From a virus (lineage: Duplodnaviria > Caudoviricetes): DNA of 53,441 bases. This document shows, piece after piece, positions 8,198-16,084 of this stretch. The stretch spans positions 1-53,441 of IMG/VR virus record IMGVR_UViG_3300027872_000008. One strand, written 5' to 3'. Under the pieces are notes generated by a model, which was not told the DNA's origin, made no database searches, and worked only from the letters and a program-made list of their open reading frames with translations. Within the stretch, counting starts at the first letter, position 1. Every line of letters starts with the position of its first letter. A program made the position numbers and the translations under genes.

Positions 8198-8443
8198 GTG
8201 GCCAGTAGTGACACCATGGACACCCAGGTCGGCACTTGGCATAGCGAGAACGTACTCAAGCGCCTGGACCGCTCCCGCAGGTTCCTGTACGGCCAGGGCA
8301 TCATCACCGAGACCGTCAACGAGGCGGTTCGGAAGAGCCTGGAGGAGGCCCGAGACCTGGAGCTGGCGGCCGAGCATGACCACATGGCCGACATCCCCGC
8401 GCACCTGGTCGAGGAGGACGAGCCGGAGCCCGGCGATGAGTGA
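8198..8443 (+). CDS. Hypothetical protein
   Basis: AAAGGAGG RBS; acidic ORF. Confidence 0.65.
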   Translation: MASSDTMDTQVGTWHSENVLKRLDRSRRFLYGQGIITETVNEAVRKSLEEARDLELAAEHDHMADIPAHLVEEDEPEPGDE

Positions 8444-8726
8444 GATCACAACCCGGCTCCAGATGCACCTGAACGGCGGCAGCAACTACAGCCTGCGGGT
8501 GGAGGACATCCTGGTGGACGGAGTCCAGGTCCCCGGCATGAGCATGGGCACAACCACGGACGGCAGCCCCGAGTTCCTCTGCACCGGCAAGGAGCTGGTC
8601 TACCGTGGCCCTGGCAAGTGGGCAGAGGGTGACGAGGAGCGGCTCGACCTGATGGACCCGGAGGTCGATCCCGAGGACATCGACGCCTGGATCTTAGCCC
8701 GAGTCCCGGAGGTGGCCGATGCCTGA
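8436..8726 (+). CDS. Hypothetical protein
   Basis: ATG at 8436 overlaps the upstream ORF end. Confidence 0.6.
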   Translation: MSEITTRLQMHLNGGSNYSLRVEDILVDGVQVPGMSMGTTTDGSPEFLCTGKELVYRGPGKWAEGDEERLDLMDPEVDPEDIDAWILARVPEVADA

Positions 8727-9282
8727 CTCCGGCATCCTGATCCGCGACTGGGACAAGCTCCAGCACTTCAAAGACCGCGACCCGATCTGGATCAAGCTCT
8801 ACCGGGCGCTGCGCCACGACCGCCGCTGGAGGCAGCTCTCCGGCGAGGGCTGCAAGCTCTACATCGACCTGACGCTGCTGGCCGCCGAGGAAGAGCCGTT
8901 CGGCGCGATCCAGCTCCACCCGGCCGACCTGGCCTGGGAAGTGCGCCTGGATCCAGAGAACCTGCGGATCGCGCTCCTGGAGGTCGCCGCTGCAGGCCTA
9001 ATCACCGTGGTCGGGTATCAGGCTGATGTCAAGCTGTTATCAGCCGGGGATCAAGGTGGTGACGCGCCGTTAGCCCTCACGCGCTCGCGAGAGGCAGAGG
9101 GAGAGAGAGAGGTAGAGGTAGAGAAAGAAACTACCTCGGTCACTCGAACTGGCTGGTCTGAAGACGTCGTCCACGTTGACCTCGAAGAGCTGGCCCTCTT
9201 CTGTGATGACTTCCAGATCCCCTACGGCGAGATGAACACGAGCCTGAAGAGTCTCTACGCCACGAAGCTCCTGCCTGTGTAA
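8719..9282 (+). CDS. Protein with phage replication-initiator-like N-terminal domain
   Basis: IRDWDKLQHFKDRDPIWIKLYRALRHD...KLYIDLTLLAAE plus an EREVEVEKE linker. Confidence 0.55.
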   Translation: MPDSGILIRDWDKLQHFKDRDPIWIKLYRALRHDRRWRQLSGEGCKLYIDLTLLAAEEEPFGAIQLHPADLAWEVRLDPENLRIALLEVAAAGLITVVGYQADVKLLSAGDQGGDAPLALTRSREAEGEREVEVEKETTSVTRTGWSEDVVHVDLEELALFCDDFQIPYGEMNTSLKSLYATKLLPV

Positions 9283-9491
9283 TGAGCCGCACGATCCGGC
9301 GTAAGTGCGTCCGAGACTACCAGCACTACTACGTCCGCGAGGATGTTACCTGGGATGACCCAGACCCCGACGACGAGTCCCAGATGAGAGAGATCGCCCT
9401 GGTCTGCTTCCGCTGTGGACACTGCCTCTGGATCGACTCCATCGTCCGACCCTGGATGGGCCTGCCTAGCGACGACGACTGGGGAACGTGA
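9282..9491 (+). CDS. Small Cys-containing hypothetical protein
   Basis: TAATG coupling; CFRCGHC. Confidence 0.5.
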   Translation: MSRTIRRKCVRDYQHYYVREDVTWDDPDPDDESQMREIALVCFRCGHCLWIDSIVRPWMGLPSDDDWGT

Positions 9492-9550
9492 ACCGCCACA
9501 CCGTCCAGACCCACCAGGCCCGGAGAACGAGGATGTCGAGGTCCGTAATC

Positions 9551-9744
9551 TCAGGGAAAAAAATTTTGGGGGTCTGACCTGTCGGAGGGGATACTATGAT
9601 CATGTAGAGCTGCGCGGCCATGCGAACAGAGGTGCCGCACCCGGCGGGGCGGGCGCAGAGTAGGCTGGCCACCCCCCTGCCACGTACCGCCCACCCCACG
9701 CAAGTCCTTATGTATCAACGTGTTAGCCCATGCGTGAGCAGCCA
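9551..9744. other. Non-coding packaging-initiation/genome-end-like region
   Basis: GGGAAAAAAATTTTGGGGG and G/C runs just downstream of terS, between convergent genes. Confidence 0.35.
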
Positions 9745-9772
9745 GGTTAACATAATGTCTATTATACGAAGT
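9745..9772 (-). other. dif: dif-like XerC/XerD recombination site
   Basis: Minus strand ACTTCGTATAA-TAGACA-TTATGTTAACC: 11-6-11 layout with a XerD-type TTATGTTAA arm; AT-rich island in GC-rich DNA. Confidence 0.85.
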
Positions 9773-9810
9773 CGCCTCGCTAACGTGCAGGGGGACATAC
9801 ACTTACAGCG

Positions 9811-10176
9811 TCACCCCTCGCCGCTGGTCAGCAGCCTGGGCCCACCTTCGGGCCCATTCTCAACTAGCCCCCCGTCTATACCTGCCTCACGCGGGGGCCT
9901 GGGCGGCCCTGCCACCTCGACCGCTTCGAGGGCAGGCAGGTGGACGATCCCCAGCACCATGGCCCCCTCCTCGGCATGGATGTGGACCGCTGCCTGGTCA
10001 GCAGCTCCCAGGCCGAAGCGGCCAAGCGCATCTAAAGCACGGATCCGGTCGGCGCTCTTCTCTTCGGGGTCGGCCGCGATGCTCGACAGCGTCTCCAGGC
10101 CGTCGTACAGCCGGGCCCGACACGCGGCCCGTATGACGTTCGGAGCGGGCCCTCCGATGTTCTCGTTTTCAGGCAT
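9811..10176 (-). CDS. Putative terminase small subunit
   Basis: GGAGG RBS; helical LETLSSIAAD...ADRIRALDALGRFG; same strand as and upstream of terL. Confidence 0.5.
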   Translation of the reverse strand: MPENENIGGPAPNVIRAACRARLYDGLETLSSIAADPEEKSADRIRALDALGRFGLGAADQAAVHIHAEEGAMVLGIVHLPALEAVEVAGPPRPPREAGIDGGLVENGPEGGPRLLTSGEG

Positions 10177-10281
10177 CCTACCCTCCGGTGGAATGGCCTG
10201 GACTCTGGCGGTTGCTGGCGCGGTCCGCAAGTGGCAACCCCAGTGTCTACCCCGTTTCTCTTGCGACTTTGAACAAGCCTA

Positions 10282-10310
10282 TTGACCCGCCGCAGTGTCG
10301 TCGCAATAGT
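10282..10310 (+). promoter_or_regulatory. Sigma70-like early promoter P1
   Basis: TTGACC-17 nt-AATAGT. Confidence 0.6.
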
Positions 10311-10367
10311 GGAGGTGTCAGGGGAGACGCTCCCCGGCAGAAGACCTCTCTCAGAAAGGACGGCAAG

Positions 10368-10811
10368 ATGACTCGCTTCGCTTCCCCGGTCACCAGCTTC
10401 GGAGCCGCCGGTCGGCACCTCGGCTCTCGTGACTCACGGCCCATCGGGCACAACACCTCAGTCGAGCGACTGAGCGAGACCCGCATCGCGATCCGCTTCC
10501 ACTCGACCAACGTGATCACCTTCCACATGGACGGCCGGATCACCTTCGACACCGGGGGCTGGTGGAGCGTCACCACCAAGGTGCGCCTCAACAGCCTGAG
10601 CCCCTGCCAGATCTGGAGCGAGGGCGACGGTGACTGGGCGATCCAAGGCCCCACGGGCGACGGGGCCAGGTTCGAGGACGGGATCACCATGGGCGCTGAC
10701 GGGACCTTCCAGAACTGGAAGGAAGCGCGGGCGCTCCTGCGGGCCTCGCGGGCTCGCCGGTTCGCCATCAAGGACGCTGAACTGGCCGCGATGACCGGCG
10801 ACTCAGCGTGA
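10368..10811 (+). CDS. Phage early hypothetical protein
   Basis: AAAGGA RBS; GGWWSVTTKVRLN motif. Confidence 0.75.
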   Translation: MTRFASPVTSFGAAGRHLGSRDSRPIGHNTSVERLSETRIAIRFHSTNVITFHMDGRITFDTGGWWSVTTKVRLNSLSPCQIWSEGDGDWAIQGPTGDGARFEDGITMGADGTFQNWKEARALLRASRARRFAIKDAELAAMTGDSA

Positions 10812-10823
10812 CCACCACCACCA

Positions 10824-10875
10824 CCTGGACGGGTGCTCCGGCGGGGTTCGACTCCCCGCCCCAGGCCTTGCCTCA
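10824..10875 (+). ncRNA. T-loop mini-element 1
   Basis: CCTGG-a-CGGG tgc TCCG-GCGGGG TTCGACT CCCCGC-c-CCAGG-ccttgcctca. Confidence 0.55.
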
Positions 10876-10897
10876 CCTCTCTCTCGAAAGGACGACC

Positions 10898-11167
10898 ATG
10901 AACAACCCGACCCTCCTCGTGAAGCTCCCGGCCCGCCCGGTCTTCGGAGCCCCTGACCCGCTCTTCGGAGCCCGCCTCTCGAAGTACAACCGCCGCCGGG
11001 AGCTGGCCCGCAAGCGAGCCCTCTTCGCTGACACCAAGGCCAACCGGAAGGCCTACGGAGTCCCCAGCGCCAACTTCCGGTTCACCCCGCTGGCCTCGAC
11101 CGCCACCGACCTCCCGCCCTGGCTGGCCGCCTGGCCCGCCGCGATCACCGACTCGGTGTCCAAATGA
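10898..11167 (+). CDS. Hypothetical basic protein
   Basis: CTCTCTCGAAAGGA leader/RBS. Confidence 0.6.
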   Translation: MNNPTLLVKLPARPVFGAPDPLFGARLSKYNRRRELARKRALFADTKANRKAYGVPSANFRFTPLASTATDLPPWLAAWPAAITDSVSK

Positions 11168-11376
11168 GGCGGCTCGCCCTCGTCGCCCTGGTGGCCCTCG
11201 CGGGCTGCCAGGTGGACATCCGGCTCGACGTCTCGCTGGCCCCACGGGCCACCGCCGAGGCCTGCGCCTGGACCACGGTCAACCACTCCGGGATCACCGA
11301 GTGCCACGTCGCCGGGCCCTACCTCAGGGCAGCGGACGTGATGACCGCCGACACCAGCTCCCACCTGGAGCTGTAG
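11164..11376 (+). CDS. Small lipoprotein
   Basis: MRRLALVALVALAG-C signal peptide with lipobox. Confidence 0.7.
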   Translation: MRRLALVALVALAGCQVDIRLDVSLAPRATAEACAWTTVNHSGITECHVAGPYLRAADVMTADTSSHLEL

Positions 11377-11384
11377 ACCGATGA

Positions 11385-11424
11385 CCTGGAGCGGAACGCT
11401 GGCCGGTTCGAGCCCGGCCCCAGG
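11385..11424 (+). ncRNA. T-loop mini-element 2
   Basis: CCTGG-AGCG gaa CGCT-GGCCGG TTCGAGC CCGGCC-CCAGG, a perfect three-way junction. Confidence 0.6.
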
Positions 11425-11446
11425 CTTCACCACCAAGGAGACGCAC

Positions 11447-12307
11447 ATGAGAGACCTGAACGTGCCCACCGAGATCACCGCCGCGATGGACGGCGGGGCC
11501 GCCCTGGCGGTGTCGATCTCCGGCGGCAAGGACTCCCAGGCCATGGCTCTGGCGCTCGTCGCCTGGGCCAAGCGGGAAGGCTACTGGGGCGTCAACGAGA
11601 TCTTCGCGGTCCACGCTGACCTGGGCCAGATGGAGTGGCAAGGCGAGTACGCCACCGAGCCCGTGGTGGTCGCCCAGGCGGCCGACCTGGGGCTGGAGCT
11701 GCACGTCGTCACGAGGACTGACGGCCGCGACCTCCTGGACCGGATCAAGGACCGCCGGGCCACCATGACCGAGAAGGGCCAGGACGGCCCCTTCTGGCCC
11801 AGCTCCTCGACCCGCTACTGCACCAGCGACCTGAAGCGCGACCCGATCAACAAGCTGCTGCGGACCTGGACCCACGTCATCAGCGCGGAGGGGATCCGGG
11901 CCGCCGAGTCCACGGCCAGGGCCAAGAAGCCCTGCTGGGCTCCCCGCAAGCGGATCCTCTCGAAGACCCGCGAGGCCCACACCTGGCACCCGATCCTGGA
12001 CTGGTCCGAGGACGATGTCTGGACCGCCATCGGGGGCCGCGACGGCCACCTGGTCCACCCGGCCTACGGCCTGGGGAACGAACGCCTCTCCTGCGCCATG
12101 TGCGTCTTCGGCTGCGACGGCGACCTGGTCAACGGAGCCCGGAACAACCCAGCCCTCTTCGAGGAGCTGCTCGACCTGGAGCGCGACAGCGGCTGGCGGT
12201 TCACCGTCAAGCGGAGCCTCGAAGAGGTGAAGCTCTGCCTCGACGGCGAAGCGCCCCTGGTCAACGGCCGGATCCAACTGCCGGTCCTCAACTCACAAGG
12301 AGCCTGA
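11447..12307 (+). CDS. PAPS-reductase-family (PP-loop) protein 1
   Basis: SISGGKDS, RYCTSDLK, GIRAAES, PILDW...DVW, HPAY.LG.ERLSCAMC. Confidence 0.9.
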   Translation: MRDLNVPTEITAAMDGGAALAVSISGGKDSQAMALALVAWAKREGYWGVNEIFAVHADLGQMEWQGEYATEPVVVAQAADLGLELHVVTRTDGRDLLDRIKDRRATMTEKGQDGPFWPSSSTRYCTSDLKRDPINKLLRTWTHVISAEGIRAAESTARAKKPCWAPRKRILSKTREAHTWHPILDWSEDDVWTAIGGRDGHLVHPAYGLGNERLSCAMCVFGCDGDLVNGARNNPALFEELLDLERDSGWRFTVKRSLEEVKLCLDGEAPLVNGRIQLPVLNSQGA

Positions 12308-12309
12308 AC

Positions 12310-12969
12310 ATGATCTACCTGCTGGGCGACATGACCAACGGCACGGCCAAGCTGGCCGACACCTACCCGAGGGGGATCGGGCGCTGCTACGTGGACTCGC
12401 GCCTGGACCCCTTCCCGGAGGAGCCCTGGATCCTCGACAACGGGGTGTTCCGGGCCTGGAACCGCAACGGCCGCGACCCGGCCACCGACTACGCCGCCGA
12501 GTACGCCTTCTTCGAGGCGAAGCTCGCGGAGGTGGCCGACCGGGCCGACGAGGGACGCGGTCCTCTCTTCGTAGTCGCGGCCGACAGGCCAGGCGACCCG
12601 GCGAGCCTGGACGTGACGCTGGCCTGGCTGGACGACTGGCAGGAGCTGCTCGACGGCCAGGCGATCCCGATCTACGCCGCCGTGCAGGACGGGATGACCC
12701 CTGACACGGTCGAGGCCTCCGGGCTCCTGGAGCGGGTCTCCGGGCTCTTCCTCGGGGGCTCCGACGAGTTCAAGCTCACCGCCGCTGCCTGGCGGGAGCT
12801 GACCACCGACCACGGCCTCGGCTTCCACTGGGGACGCTGCACTCAGAGCGTGATCGCGACAGCGGTCGCCCTGGGCTGCGACAGCGCCGACAGCTCCCAC
12901 CCCTGCCGCCTGGCCGGGGCCAGGTGGGCCAGGTTCCTCGAAGTCTTCGACACCGAGATGGTGGCCTAG
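12310..12969 (+). CDS. TGT/DpdA-like (guanine transglycosylase fold) protein
   Basis: ILDNGVF, VVAAD.PGD, AVQDG, LFLGGS, HWGR, DSADSS motifs in TGT order. Confidence 0.65.
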   Translation: MIYLLGDMTNGTAKLADTYPRGIGRCYVDSRLDPFPEEPWILDNGVFRAWNRNGRDPATDYAAEYAFFEAKLAEVADRADEGRGPLFVVAADRPGDPASLDVTLAWLDDWQELLDGQAIPIYAAVQDGMTPDTVEASGLLERVSGLFLGGSDEFKLTAAAWRELTTDHGLGFHWGRCTQSVIATAVALGCDSADSSHPCRLAGARWARFLEVFDTEMVA

Positions 12970-12981
12970 ATGACGTCAGCA

Positions 12982-13010
12982 TTGACCCGACACGACGTCG
13001 GGTGTAACGT
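12982..13010 (+). promoter_or_regulatory. Sigma70-like early promoter P2 with palindromic operator
   Basis: TTGACC-17 nt-TAACGT; ACCCGAC-N5-GTCGGGT at 12985-13003. Confidence 0.7.
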
Positions 13011-13047
13011 GATAGCAGGACCCTCTCTCTCTCGAAAGGACGCCAAC

Positions 13048-13320
13048 ATGAGCATCGCAACCTTCTTCCCCCACGCAGACCACCCCGACCGCCAGCCCGC
13101 CGTGTGGCTGAACATCGGTGAGCCCTCCGACGAGGAGCCGATGACCTTCGACTCGACCGACGAGGCCTACGACTACGTGACCAGGAACGTCGAGACCAAC
13201 CTCGCCAGCGTCCGCGCCCTCTTCGCTGAGAAGCGCGACCTGGACCGCCGGATCGCCGCCCTGGAGGCCGACACCGCACTCCTGCGGAAGGCCGCCCGCC
13301 AGATCCTTCCCCACCTCTAG
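13048..13320 (+). CDS. Hypothetical protein with C-terminal coiled coil
   Basis: CTCTCTCTCGAAAGGA leader. Confidence 0.7.
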   Translation: MSIATFFPHADHPDRQPAVWLNIGEPSDEEPMTFDSTDEAYDYVTRNVETNLASVRALFAEKRDLDRRIAALEADTALLRKAARQILPHL

Positions 13321-13331
13321 GACGATGACCA

Positions 13332-13382
13332 CCGGGACCGGCAGCCAGGCGGGTTCGAGGCCCGCCGCCCGGCCTTGCCTCA
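13332..13382 (+). ncRNA. T-loop mini-element 3
   Basis: CCGGG...GGCGGG TTCGAGG CCCGCC-g-CCCGG-ccttgcctca. Confidence 0.55.
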
Positions 13383-13399
13383 GTTCAACGGAGACCACC

Positions 13400-13552
13400 A
13401 TGGACCCGACCTACAGCATCATCCGGTTCAGCATGGACGCGCCCCAGGAGGTGATCAAGGAGGGCCTGACGCTCGAAGAGGCCCAGGAGCACTGCAACCG
13501 GGACGACACGCACGGCCCAGGCTGGTTCGACGGCTACCGGGAGGAAGTGTGA
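13400..13552 (+). CDS. Small phage protein (50 aa)
   Basis: GGAG RBS; GLTLEEAQEHC...WFDGY. Confidence 0.7.
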   Translation: MDPTYSIIRFSMDAPQEVIKEGLTLEEAQEHCNRDDTHGPGWFDGYREEV

Positions 13553-14418
13553 ACTCGACCACCTTCGGACTCCTCGGAGCTGGGGCCCCGTTCAGTGTGG
13601 CCTACGGGATGGGGGTGGACTCCACCGCCATGCTCGTGGGCCTGGCCGAGCGGGGGATCCGGCCCGACGCGATCCTCTTCGCTGACGTTGGCGGGGAGAA
13701 GCCGGAGACCTACGCCTACCAGGCCAAGATGGACGCCTGGCTGCGCTCTGTAGGCTTCCCGGAGATCACAGTGGTCCGCTACCCTGGGCCGAAGAGCGGA
13801 GCCTACGACACGCTCGAAGGGAACTGCATCTCGAACGGGACGCTGCCCTCGCTGGCCTTCGGCTTCAAGAGCTGCTCGCTCAAGTGGAAGGTCGAGCCCC
13901 AGAAGAAGTGGGAGCGGGCCTGGCAGCCTGCCCAGGACGCCTGGGCCAAGGGCCTGCCCATCATCAAGGCCATCGGCTTCGACGCCTCTCCGAAGGACTC
14001 GAAGCGGTGCAGCTACGCGGCCGACAAGGTCGATGACGATCCGAAGTACCACTACTGGTATCCGCTCCGCGACTGGGGCTGGACACGCGAGGAGTGCATG
14101 GCCCAGATCGAAGCGGCCGGGCTCCCGGTGCCGATGAAGAGCGCCTGCTTCTTCTGCCCTGCATCGCAGGTCGAGGAGATCGCCTGGCTGGCCGACAAAC
14201 ACCCGGAGCTGGCCGACCGGATCATCACCATGGAGAACAACGCCAGGCCCAGGCTGAAGAAGATCAAAGGGCTCTGGCGCAACGGGGTGAAGGGCACACG
14301 AGGTGGGATCCCGAAGCCGGGCCGGATGGCCGACTTCATCCACCGCTACCGGGGCACGGCCGAGAGGACCTGGCCGATCCAGCTCCCGGTGATTCAACCG
14401 ACCAAGGAGGCAGCATGA
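13549..14418 (+). CDS. PAPS-reductase-like (PP-loop) protein 2
   Basis: AYGMGVDSTA, FADVGGEKPETY, CSLKWK, YPLRDWGW, KSACFFCP; GTGA overlap start. Confidence 0.85.
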   Translation: MNSTTFGLLGAGAPFSVAYGMGVDSTAMLVGLAERGIRPDAILFADVGGEKPETYAYQAKMDAWLRSVGFPEITVVRYPGPKSGAYDTLEGNCISNGTLPSLAFGFKSCSLKWKVEPQKKWERAWQPAQDAWAKGLPIIKAIGFDASPKDSKRCSYAADKVDDDPKYHYWYPLRDWGWTREECMAQIEAAGLPVPMKSACFFCPASQVEEIAWLADKHPELADRIITMENNARPRLKKIKGLWRNGVKGTRGGIPKPGRMADFIHRYRGTAERTWPIQLPVIQPTKEAA

Positions 14419-15314
14419 CCAGAGCCGTTGACCTCTTCGCTGGCTGGGGTGGGTTCACCCTGGGAGCGGAGCAGGCCGGAGTCGATGTCGTCTGGGCCGC
14501 GAACCACTGGCCCATGGCGGTGGAGGCCCACGCGCTGAACCACCCCGACACGATCCACGCCTGCCAGGATCTGACCCAGGCCGACTGGACCAAGCTCCCC
14601 GACTACGAGCTGCTGCTCGCGAGCCCGGCCTGCCCTGGCCACTCGACGGCGAGCCAGCCGAGACGCCGGGCCTACCACGACGAGTCACGGGCCACCGCCT
14701 GGGCGGTCGTGGACTGCGCCGAGGTGACCTACCCGGAGACCCTGATCGTGGAGAACGTGCCCGCCTTCCAACGCTGGCAGCTCTACCCGATCTGGAAGAG
14801 CGCACTGCGCCAGCTAGGCTACGAACTCGAAGAGCACGTCCTCCGGGCCAGCCACTACGGGGTGCCGCAGCGACGGGATCGGCTCTTCATCCTGGGCTCG
14901 CGGGTGGGGGCTCACATCACCCCCCGGAAGCCCTCGCAGGAGCCCGCCTTCGGGCCCTGCATCGACTGGGACGCCGGGGACTGGCGTCCACGCACCGACG
15001 CGGGCAAGGGCGCTCAGAAGCGAATGGCTGACGGCCACGCCCGGCACGGGGATCGGTTCCTCAGTCAGCACACGACGGGCCACCGAGGCATCAGCCTGGA
15101 CGAGCCCATCAGGACCATCACGGCCCAGGACCACTGGCTCGCGGTGGACGGCGATCTCTACCGCCCGCTCACGATCCGAGAGACGGCTCGCGGGATGGGC
15201 TTCCCCGAGACCTACGCCTGGCCCGAGGCGGCCACGCGGACGGACTCCATCATCGGCCTGGGCAACGCAGTCTGCCCGCCCCTGGTCGCGGACCTAATCA
15301 AGGAGGCAGCATGA
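14415..15314 (+). CDS. DNA (cytosine-5)-methyltransferase
   Basis: DLFAGWGG (I), SPAC (IV), ENV (VI), QRRDR (VIII), LGNAV (X). Confidence 0.92.
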   Translation: MTRAVDLFAGWGGFTLGAEQAGVDVVWAANHWPMAVEAHALNHPDTIHACQDLTQADWTKLPDYELLLASPACPGHSTASQPRRRAYHDESRATAWAVVDCAEVTYPETLIVENVPAFQRWQLYPIWKSALRQLGYELEEHVLRASHYGVPQRRDRLFILGSRVGAHITPRKPSQEPAFGPCIDWDAGDWRPRTDAGKGAQKRMADGHARHGDRFLSQHTTGHRGISLDEPIRTITAQDHWLAVDGDLYRPLTIRETARGMGFPETYAWPEAATRTDSIIGLGNAVCPPLVADLIKEAA

Positions 15315-15655
15315 ACAAGACGAGAGCGGTGCTCACCTGGAGGCACCTCGACCCCCACCCCCACCAGGGCCGCCAGCTCCACACCTGGATGGGCGAGTTC
15401 CCAACGGTGACCGAGACGGTCTGGGACCAGGAGCTGGACGACCAGTTCCAGCCCAGCAACTTCGTCTGCCGGATCGAATCCTTCCAGCCGACCGCCAGCC
15501 CGGAGACCGGCGAGGGGTTCTGGTTCCGGCTGGTCAAGCAAGGCCGCAGCGCGAGCGGTCGCAGGTACTCGACACACAAGACGCTGGCCCTCGCCCAGTG
15601 GTACGCCGACCGATGGGCCAGGGGTCGCTTCTACTACCGCCACCAGGAGGCCTGA
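15311..15655 (+). CDS. Hypothetical protein
   Basis: AAGGAGG RBS; ATGA coupling. Confidence 0.65.
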   Translation: MNKTRAVLTWRHLDPHPHQGRQLHTWMGEFPTVTETVWDQELDDQFQPSNFVCRIESFQPTASPETGEGFWFRLVKQGRSASGRRYSTHKTLALAQWYADRWARGRFYYRHQEA

Positions 15656-15713
15656 TGGCCCACGACGTCATGGCGATCCTGTGCAGGCCCCAGCATCCCG
15701 ACGAGGTGGAGGA

Positions 15714-15740
15714 GTGCAACACGGTGCAACACGCTGCAAC
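15714..15740 (+). repeat. Three 10-bp-period direct repeats (TGCAAC core) upstream of P3
   Basis: GTGCAACACG GTGCAACACG CTGCAAC. Confidence 0.7.
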
Positions 15741-15747
15741 GCCACCA

Positions 15748-15776
15748 TTGACGCGACGGGATGACGGGTGTATTAG
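15748..15776 (+). promoter_or_regulatory. Sigma70-like early promoter P3
   Basis: TTGACG-17 nt-TATTAG; spacer resembles the P2 operator. Confidence 0.7.
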
Positions 15777-15817
15777 TTCAGTAGGACGTTTTCTCTCTCT
15801 CTCGAAAGGAGGCCCAG

Positions 15818-16084
15818 GTGGCCGCTCGCTTCTCCCTGATCTACGACGCCCTCGGCCAGCGGGTGACCGCCTGCTGCATGGCGTACTCCAGCTACATGGA
15901 GTTCGACGGCCCAGGCAGCATTGAGATTCTCTGCTGCAAGGCCTGCCACCACCCAGTTCCGATAGGCCAGGGTGACGGCACAGAATTTCGACCAGGCGTC
16001 ACGGCCGACGCCTACTACGAGGAGCACTTCCGCCGCGAGCAGTGGCGGGAGGCGATCTCTCACTCTCTCAAGGAGTCAGCATGA
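15818..16084 (+). CDS. Small Cys-rich hypothetical protein
   Basis: CTCTCTCGAAAGGAGG leader; ACC...CCKAC. Confidence 0.65.
   Translation: MAARFSLIYDALGQRVTACCMAYSSYMEFDGPGSIEILCCKACHHPVPIGQGDGTEFRPGVTADAYYEEHFRREQWREAISHSLKESA

Noticed and set aside
9745-9772. loxP-like reading (TATACGAAGT half-site)
   Set aside because: Only one arm resembles loxP. The 11-6-11 layout with TTATGTTAA fits dif, and no Cre-like gene is present.
11447-14418. Sulfate assimilation (cysH) or a complete Dnd phosphorothioation system
   Set aside because: No other cys or dnd genes; the context is an MTase and a TGT-like gene in a phage early region.
15714-15740. CRISPR array
   Set aside because: The repeats are 10 bp with no spacers. 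No repeat-spacer array or cas gene was seen anywhere in the window.
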